Source: Candidatus Adiutrix sp. (GTDB lineage Bacteria; Desulfobacterota; Desulfarculia; Adiutricales; Adiutricaceae). From it: a DNA stretch of 64,000 bases. Shown in pieces: positions 58,002-64,000 of the stretch. The position numbers were made by a program, and so were the translations under genes. Positions within the stretch are counted from its first letter, which is position 1, and every line of letters starts with the position of its first letter. The DNA is taken from the NCBI GenBank assembly GCA_031549025.1, contig JAVBQN010000061.1, forward strand, positions 6,882 through 70,881, read 5' to 3'. The notes under the pieces are model-generated. The model did not search any database. It saw only the letters and a program-made list of their open reading frames with translations, and was not told the DNA's origin.

Positions 58002-60800
58002 ATGGCGGATACTTTGATACACCGCCCGGTGGTCCTTGATCCCGGCCCGTTCGACTCGGCGGGCGGCGACCGGTCTTGGAACGCGGCCTTTCAAAAAGCC
58101 CTCGAGGCTCGCGGCCTGGACCACGAATTCATCTTTCCCGTGGCCGGCCTCTTCCCGGGCCGTCTGGAATACCGGGCCGCCCGCCGCCAGCATCCCCGCG
58201 CCCGCTTCGTGCTGCGGGACGTGCGGGAGCCGGCCGGGGAACTCGCGGCTGTCGACGCCGAGTTGTTGACCCGCCGAGCCGAGCGGCTGCGGGAAGACCT
58301 CGGCGTCCTCGACGGAACCGACCTCGGCCGCACCCTGATTTTCGGCCATGCTCTGGATCTCAGCCAGGTCCTGGGGCTGGCCCTCTGGACGGCCGCTCTG
58401 CCGGAGGGCCGCAGGCCGCGCCTGGCCCTTGATATCCACCCCTCCTTCGACCCTCCCAACGCCTGGATCGCGGACGGTTATCGACTGGTCATGGCCAATC
58501 TGCCCGATCATTCCCGTGTCCGCTTTTTCAGCGCCACTGCGCGGATGGCTGACTTTTTGAGCCGGGCCACCGGACGCCCGGCCGAACTGCTTCTTCCGAG
58601 TTTCGACCCGCGTGGGCGCCTCGGCCCTTTCAACACCCTGCTGGCGTCCCTGCTCGCCTCGAAAAATTGGCCGTCACCCGGGCGTCGGGAGGAAAAGGCC
58701 GCCGCCCCGTCTGGCGATCCCGATTTGAGCCTGGTCGTTCCAGCCCGCAACGCCGAGGGCCTCCTGGGCCGGTGTCTGGATTCAATAACGCGTCAACAGC
58801 CGTCACTCACCTATGAGTGCCTCGTGGTCGACGACGGCTCCACCGACCGGACGGCCGACCTGATCCGCGTTTATGCGCGGGATTTCCCCCAGATTCGGTT
58901 CATCGCCGGCCCGGCCGGCGGGGCCGGGCCGGCCCGCAACCTGGGGCTGAGTCAGGCCCGAGGCCGCTACTTCTGGTTCGTCGACAGCGACGACGAAATC
59001 GCCCCCGAGGCTTTCAGCCGTCTGGCGCCGTTGATCGGCGGCGGAGCGGACGGACCGGAGGCGCTGGTTTTCTCCTATTGGCGCAAGCTCCCCGGGGGGC
59101 TGCTCCCGGCCTCTTCCGACAACGCCCGGCACCTGTTCGATCGCCCGGAGGAAGAGCCTGGCCCAGCCTTCACCCTGCGGGAGCGGCCGCGGCTCCTGGC
59201 CACCTGCACCTTCCCCTGGAACAAGGTGTTCCGGCGGGATTTCATCGAGCGCCACCAAATCAGATTCGCCGCCGCGCCGGTGCATAACGACGCCTCCTTT
59301 GTCGTGGAAGCCCTGTTGAAGGCCCAAACCATACGCCTTCTGCCGGAGGCCCTGTATCTGTATGCCGAAGAGCGGCCGGACCAGGAGCAGATCAGCCGCA
59401 TCGCCGACGGGCGGCGGCTGGCGGTCAGGGAGGTTTTCGACGTATGCGACGCCTTGATGGAAGCCGCCCGGGCCGACGCGGAACAATGGAAATATTACCT
59501 GGTCAACGAATTCAACGCCCTGATCTGGAACATGTTCCTGGTCGGCCCCGAACTGGGCCGGCCGATCAGGGCGGATGCCGTCCGAAAAGCCCGGCGGCAT
59601 CCCGTGGAACTTCTGGAGCGAATTCTGACGGAAGACCTGCTCTCCCCGGACCGCCGGGCCATGTTCCGTTCCTATCTGCCCGCCCAATTCGACGCCCCCC
59701 GGATATCCGTCATCCTGGACGCGGAAGCTCTCAACGCCGAGGAACTGAAATCGACTCTCGGCTCCCTGTCCGGCCAATCCTGGCCGGAGGAGGCCTATGA
59801 GGTTATCGTCGTGGGCCCGGCCGCCGGTCTGGAGGCCGATATCGGCCCCGGTTCCCGCCGGCCCCATTTTCGCCTCGCTCCCCCGGATGATTCCGCCGTC
59901 TCGCCGTTTGAGCGCGGACTGCGGCTGGCCCGGGGGCGTTACGTCTACCTGCTCAACGGCCCGGCCGTCATGAGGGCCGATTTTCTGATCGACGGTTCTC
60001 TCCGGCTGGAGGACAGCCGCGCGGATATCCTTTTCCATAACTTTGAATATTTTTCTCCATCCTTGAACGGCGTTGTCTACAAAGAGGAAAGGAACTGGCC
60101 GAGGCTCATCGAGGGACGCGTCGGCGAGCGAGCCCTGTCGGCCTGGGACCGGGCAACGCTGTTTTGCGGGCTGGAATCGGTGGGAGGCTTGAAATTCTAC
60201 CGCGCCGAGATGCTGCGGGAAATGCTGGCGGATCGTGAGCTCAAAGGAATTTTCGCCCACCAGGCCCTGGTGGACTGGGCCTGCCTGGCCATGGGCGGGG
60301 AGTTTCAGGTCAGCGAGGGGAAGCTTTTTCATCCGCTCCGGGGGGACGAGCGGCGGGAGCAAGCCAAAAAAACGACCCGCCTGGACCGGATGCTGGCCGC
60401 GGCCGAAGGCATCAGAGACCATCTGGAGCGGCCGGCGGACAGGCCGCTTCGGGCCGTTTTCCTGCGCCTTTTTCTCCAGGACTGGGCCGCGCTGCCGCCG
60501 AAGGTGCGGGCTGAATACGGACGCGGAATTCCCCGCCTTTTCCCGCCGCTGGATTACGCCGACTGCCGCCTCTGTGCCCGGCTGTTCATCGACGCCCGCA
60601 TCAGCGACGCGCTGTACGCGCTGTTCATGTCCCGCTCCCGGCCCCGCCTGGCCCGGCTGGCCCGCGCGGTGGCCGGCTTTATCCTGCCCCGGGTGATTCG
60701 GCCCTGGCGCCGTTGGCGGGCGGCGGATTTTGGCCGCCCTCGAGTGGTCGCCGCCTGGCGGCGCTGGAAGGCGGCGCTGGTCAGACGGGCGGGGCGCTGA
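58002..60800 (+). CDS. Multidomain glycosyltransferase (N-terminal unknown domain + GT2 + degenerate GT2-like + basic C-terminal tail)
   Basis: 932 aa. LSLVVPARNAEGLL, LVVDDGSTDRT and FVDSDDEI. The second module has RISVILDAE...YVYLLNGPAV. The GT2 core resembles 49411..51138 (FPWNKVFRRDFIE vs FYPWFRLYRREFIE). Confidence 0.85.
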   Translation: MADTLIHRPVVLDPGPFDSAGGDRSWNAAFQKALEARGLDHEFIFPVAGLFPGRLEYRAARRQHPRARFVLRDVREPAGELAAVDAELLTRRAERLREDLGVLDGTDLGRTLIFGHALDLSQVLGLALWTAALPEGRRPRLALDIHPSFDPPNAWIADGYRLVMANLPDHSRVRFFSATARMADFLSRATGRPAELLLPSFDPRGRLGPFNTLLASLLASKNWPSPGRREEKAAAPSGDPDLSLVVPARNAEGLLGRCLDSITRQQPSLTYECLVVDDGSTDRTADLIRVYARDFPQIRFIAGPAGGAGPARNLGLSQARGRYFWFVDSDDEIAPEAFSRLAPLIGGGADGPEALVFSYWRKLPGGLLPASSDNARHLFDRPEEEPGPAFTLRERPRLLATCTFPWNKVFRRDFIERHQIRFAAAPVHNDASFVVEALLKAQTIRLLPEALYLYAEERPDQEQISRIADGRRLAVREVFDVCDALMEAARADAEQWKYYLVNEFNALIWNMFLVGPELGRPIRADAVRKARRHPVELLERILTEDLLSPDRRAMFRSYLPAQFDAPRISVILDAEALNAEELKSTLGSLSGQSWPEEAYEVIVVGPAAGLEADIGPGSRRPHFRLAPPDDSAVSPFERGLRLARGRYVYLLNGPAVMRADFLIDGSLRLEDSRADILFHNFEYFSPSLNGVVYKEERNWPRLIEGRVGERALSAWDRATLFCGLESVGGLKFYRAEMLREMLADRELKGIFAHQALVDWACLAMGGEFQVSEGKLFHPLRGDERREQAKKTTRLDRMLAAAEGIRDHLERPADRPLRAVFLRLFLQDWAALPPKVRAEYGRGIPRLFPPLDYADCRLCARLFIDARISDALYALFMSRSRPRLARLARAVAGFILPRVIRPWRRWRAADFGRPRVVAAWRRWKAALVRRAGR

Positions 60801-60956
60801 GACGCCGCCCGGGCGGCCGGAGTTTTTATTTACTACTCCGGCAGCTAAATAAGTCATCCCCGTGATTTCGCCAAAGCTCGAAATCACTGGACTTCAGCGG
60901 CCGGGAACAGACTTCTAAAGTTGCCGGGTTAATATCGCGGCCAGGAGCGGTTGTTC

Positions 60957-62417
60957 ATGGAATATAAACCCCAAGGTGAAATTGTCGGTCATCTGGCCAA
61001 CGCCGCCCAGGGCTGCGGCCGCTTCAAAAGCTGCTGGTGGATCCAGGAAGGCTTGTTTCTGCACTACAGCGGCGAGATTCGCCCCTGCTGCCTGACCATT
61101 CCCGGGCCGGACCGCCATCGGACGGTCCTGTACGGTTTCTATGACGATGAGAATTTCGACCTGATGGCGGCCCGGCGTCGGCTGCAAATCGCCAATCAGG
61201 GCCCGGAGGCTCCGTGCGCCGGGTGCTGTGATCTGGTTGAAGGCGATTGGCGGCACGTCAATTATCGAAGCATGGTCAATATTTTTACGGCCACATTCTG
61301 CAACTACAACTGCAGTTACTGCGGCTGCCACAGTAATTCCCCCCAACCGCCCATAAACGCCGGGGCGGTCATGAACTGGCTGGAGAAATGGCTGGACGGC
61401 GGACTTCTCCACCCCCAATACACGCGTTTGAGCGTCGCGGACGGCGAGCCTCTGCTCAACGCCTTTTTCGGGCCCGGCTCCGAGTTCTGTCTGCGCCACG
61501 GATTCCAGATGGAATTGTTCAGCAATTCCTCCGTGCCCTCCGACCGGGTGGTCGAACTGGCCGAGGCGGGCCTTTTGCGGCTGATCACCAGCCTGGACGC
61601 CGGCACCGCCGAGACCTACGCCCGCATCCGGGGGGCCGACGGCCTGGAGCGGGTCTGGACCAATATCGCCCGCTATTTGGAGGCCGCCCCGGAAGCTTCG
61701 AAAGAAAACATCCATCTCAAATACATTCTATTGGAACCCAATCTGAGTCGCCGGGAAATAGACGCCTTCGCGGAACGGGTGGAGCGGCACGGCTTACGGA
61801 CGGTCCTGCTCAACATCGAGAACCACGCCCTCAATATGTCGAAAATCGGGAACGTCGGCATAGCGAAATATGTGGATGCCGGCGGCTATTTTCTCCATCG
61901 CCTGCGCCGTATTCCCGGCGTGCGGGCCACCCCCGATCTTTACGCCTGGCCGCGGCTGAACGAGGTGCTGGAAAAGCGGGCGGCCGAGTTCGATCAATCC
62001 CCGAACCTCATCGCCGGCCGCGTGCCGGCGGAGGCGCCGCGCAGTCCGCTGCCGATAGTACACAGCGGGTTCGATCAGAAACTCAGCCTGAAAACCATCC
62101 GCCGGGAAATGGTCCGGAAAGACGACTTCTGCGTCTACAGCTTCGGTTTGTGGAGGCCGGAGGAGCAACCGGCGTACTTCTTCGAACTCGCCGGCTATTT
62201 TGTTCAGGATGCTCTGTCGGAACACGTCGCCCGACATCCGCGTCACGGGCGATTATACCGGATGGCGGCCCGGGCCCGTCAAATTCCGGCCACGCTGCCG
62301 CTGGAATTTTTTTCGGAGCTACCGGTCCGTCCGGACGACTATCTGGTGGATTTCATAACCGACGATGACGGTTCCCGGCTTTTTCGGATTGACTTCAAAT
62401 ACCGGCGGTCCGCCTGA
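60957..62417 (+). CDS. Radical SAM enzyme with N-terminal SPASM/twitch-like Cys-rich module
   Basis: The ATG is 9 nt after AGGAG. The N-terminus has CGRFKSCWWIQEGLFLHYSGEIRPCC...CAGCC, followed by the core FTATFCNYNCSYCG (CX3CX2C) and VADGEPLLN. Confidence 0.8.
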   Translation: MEYKPQGEIVGHLANAAQGCGRFKSCWWIQEGLFLHYSGEIRPCCLTIPGPDRHRTVLYGFYDDENFDLMAARRRLQIANQGPEAPCAGCCDLVEGDWRHVNYRSMVNIFTATFCNYNCSYCGCHSNSPQPPINAGAVMNWLEKWLDGGLLHPQYTRLSVADGEPLLNAFFGPGSEFCLRHGFQMELFSNSSVPSDRVVELAEAGLLRLITSLDAGTAETYARIRGADGLERVWTNIARYLEAAPEASKENIHLKYILLEPNLSRREIDAFAERVERHGLRTVLLNIENHALNMSKIGNVGIAKYVDAGGYFLHRLRRIPGVRATPDLYAWPRLNEVLEKRAAEFDQSPNLIAGRVPAEAPRSPLPIVHSGFDQKLSLKTIRREMVRKDDFCVYSFGLWRPEEQPAYFFELAGYFVQDALSEHVARHPRHGRLYRMAARARQIPATLPLEFFSELPVRPDDYLVDFITDDDGSRLFRIDFKYRRSA

Positions 62418-62444
62418 TCTCTCTATGGGCGGCCGCAAATCCCC

Positions 62445-63908
62445 TCAGGATTTTTCCCCGGGAGCCGGCGAATGTTCAGGGGGCCCCGCGAGACCGTCAA
62501 AGAAGACCACATACCGGTTGCCGATGGGGAAGCGTCGGGTCATCATGGGCTGGAACTCCCGGTGGAAATAGCCGGCCAGCGGCGCGGAATCCAGTTCCCG
62601 GCCGTCGACGTCATGGGACACGAAGCCCTCGGGGGGGACCAGGCGAAGAATATGGTATTTTTCCGGCTCCCGGTACATGTCCGTGGCCGGCACCAGGCGG
62701 AAGGAGCCCAGGGCGGCGGCGCTGATGACCTCCCGGTGCTCTTCGATGGCCCGGCAATCGGCGACCATTTCCTCTAAAGTCTGGGAAGGCAGGATGGTCA
62801 TGAACCAGGCGTAGGTTTTTATGCCCGCCTCGGTGAACAGGCGCAGATTGCGCACCGCCTCTTCCGCCGAAATACCCTTGCGGATATGCTTGAGCAAACG
62901 CTGGTTGAAGGTTTCCACGCCCAGCATGACCATCTCGCAGCCCGCGCGGCGCAGCCTGTCCACCAGTTCGGGAGTGTAGACCGGGCTGACCCGGGAATAG
63001 TAAAACCAGCGGAAAGAGCGGGACGGCGGATTTTTCTCCAGGGCGTCCAAAATTTCGGCCAGGAAGTGGGGTTCGATGGCCTCGTCCACAAACTGGACGT
63101 ACTCGACGCCGTAACGGGCAGTGAGGTGGCGGAGATCCTCGGCCACCTGTTCCGGCTTTTTTTTCCGGTAATTGCGGCGGTAGCGCTCGCAGTGGTTACA
63201 GAAGGCGCAATGGCCGTAAAAGCAGCCCCGTGAGGCCTGGTAGGACAGCACCGGCGTAAGGTACAGCGACCAATCCACTCCGTCGTAGTCAGGCGGCTCC
63301 AGACCGGTCACGTCCTCCAGAATTTCCTCGTTACGGATCAGGCGGCCATCCCGCGGCCAGACCAGGTTGGGCACATCGGCCAGGTCTTCCCGGCCATCCC
63401 GCAGCCGTTCCAGAAGAAGCGGCAGACAGGTTTCCCCCTCGCCTGAGCACAGATAGTCGAAGTGGTCGAAGAGTTGGCACAGCAACGGTTCCGAAGCCTG
63501 CCGGATGATCTCGACGGCGCTGCCGCCGGCCAGAATTTGGACGTCCGGCCGGAAGGCCCGCGCCAGTTGGGCCAGAAAAAGGGCCGGATAGACCTGCCCC
63601 AGGGAGGTGATGGAAAGGCCGACCACCGGCGGCAGGTTGAGGAACTGACCCACCAGGCCGCAATGGGCCAAGGCTTCGAGAATGGGGCCGACGTCGTTCC
63701 GGCGGACGCCTTCGGCCAGTTCGAAGCCCTCGCTCAATTCGGGGGCGTGGACGCGCCGGTCTATCAGGGCTGAAAAAATGCCGTCCAGGATGCTCCGCTG
63801 AAAAGTATCCAGCCGGCCGTACATCCGCCGGACGTCGTCGAGGGTGACGGCCTGGCCAAGGAGAGGCGCCAGGCGCTCCAAGTATTCCGCATGGGATTTG
63901 AGGGCCAC
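62445..63908 (-). CDS. B12-binding-domain (class B) radical SAM enzyme; the reading frame stays open to the window edge
   Basis: The N-terminal half is Rossmann-like (VVGLSITS..., ILAGGSAV). The core has SYQASRGCFYGHCAFCNHC and VQFVDEA. The frame upstream of GTG 63908 has no stop up to 64000, so the true start may be off-window. Confidence 0.8.
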   Translation of the reverse strand: MALKSHAEYLERLAPLLGQAVTLDDVRRMYGRLDTFQRSILDGIFSALIDRRVHAPELSEGFELAEGVRRNDVGPILEALAHCGLVGQFLNLPPVVGLSITSLGQVYPALFLAQLARAFRPDVQILAGGSAVEIIRQASEPLLCQLFDHFDYLCSGEGETCLPLLLERLRDGREDLADVPNLVWPRDGRLIRNEEILEDVTGLEPPDYDGVDWSLYLTPVLSYQASRGCFYGHCAFCNHCERYRRNYRKKKPEQVAEDLRHLTARYGVEYVQFVDEAIEPHFLAEILDALEKNPPSRSFRWFYYSRVSPVYTPELVDRLRRAGCEMVMLGVETFNQRLLKHIRKGISAEEAVRNLRLFTEAGIKTYAWFMTILPSQTLEEMVADCRAIEEHREVISAAALGSFRLVPATDMYREPEKYHILRLVPPEGFVSHDVDGRELDSAPLAGYFHREFQPMMTRRFPIGNRYVVFFDGLAGPPEHSPAPGEKS

Positions 63909-64000
63909 ATCATCCCGGGGCCGGATCTGGTCCTCGAAATGCCGCTCGGAGGTGAATTCCTCCCGGACCCGGCGGAAGTCATCGGTCAGGCGGTAGAAGG

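Noticed and set aside
58803-60887. 694-aa minus-strand ORF antisense to the 932-aa glycosyltransferase
   Set aside because: It is low-complexity RPG-rich. The plus frame contains clear GT2 motifs (DDGSTD, DSDD).
1-64000. CRISPR arrays, tRNA/rRNA genes, prophage or toxin-antitoxin/defence cassettes
   Set aside because: Scanning the intergenic regions by eye found no regularly spaced direct repeats, no cloverleaf-like tRNA candidates, and no capsid, terminase or defence-type domains. A tRNAscan/Infernal/PADLOC run would be needed to exclude small elements.

Overview
This is 64 kb of a high-GC bacterial chromosome. Gene content (Rnf-like Fe-S proteins, a glycyl radical enzyme, many radical SAM enzymes, a sigma54-type hook-operon promoter) suggests an anaerobic, flagellated, possibly Desulfobacterota-like organism; that taxonomy is inference only. 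There are four blocks. (1) 1-11.9 kb holds housekeeping genes: a translationally coupled pair of dynamin-like GTPases, an orphan RnfC-like/RnfB-like Fe-S pair, rsmI, a YraN-like gene, rnhB, an S58 peptidase, xerD and a DHH-CBS-CCA/polyA-polymerase fusion. (2) 12.1-25.5 kb is a visibly lower-GC island with all intact genes on the minus strand, ending at a truncated plus-strand IS630-type transposase. It encodes an IclR regulator, a TRAP transporter (DctQ/M/P), an Ldh2-family dehydrogenase, an acylating aldehyde dehydrogenase with a 4-hydroxy-2-oxoacid aldolase, an orphan glycyl radical enzyme with its activase, an SDR and a PanB copy. (3) 25.5-37.4 kb holds the fliK-flgD-flgE hook operon (sigma54-type promoter, intrinsic terminator, 856-aa FlgE), ubiE, a nitroreductase, mnmA, an NCS2 permease, a flavodoxin-ferredoxin protein and a tandem-duplicated PolBeta-type nucleotidyltransferase. 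(4) 37.7-64 kb is a glycan/sugar-nucleotide locus with six radical SAM enzymes, seven glycosyltransferase proteins (one fused to a radical SAM domain), a split transketolase and a GmhA/HldE/GmhB-like activation module. No exporter, polymerase or priming transferase is visible in it. I recognised no rRNA, tRNA or CRISPR array. The best novelty candidates are the radical-SAM-dense glycan locus and the orphan GRE catabolic island. All functional calls come from motif and family recognition by eye; no database search was run.
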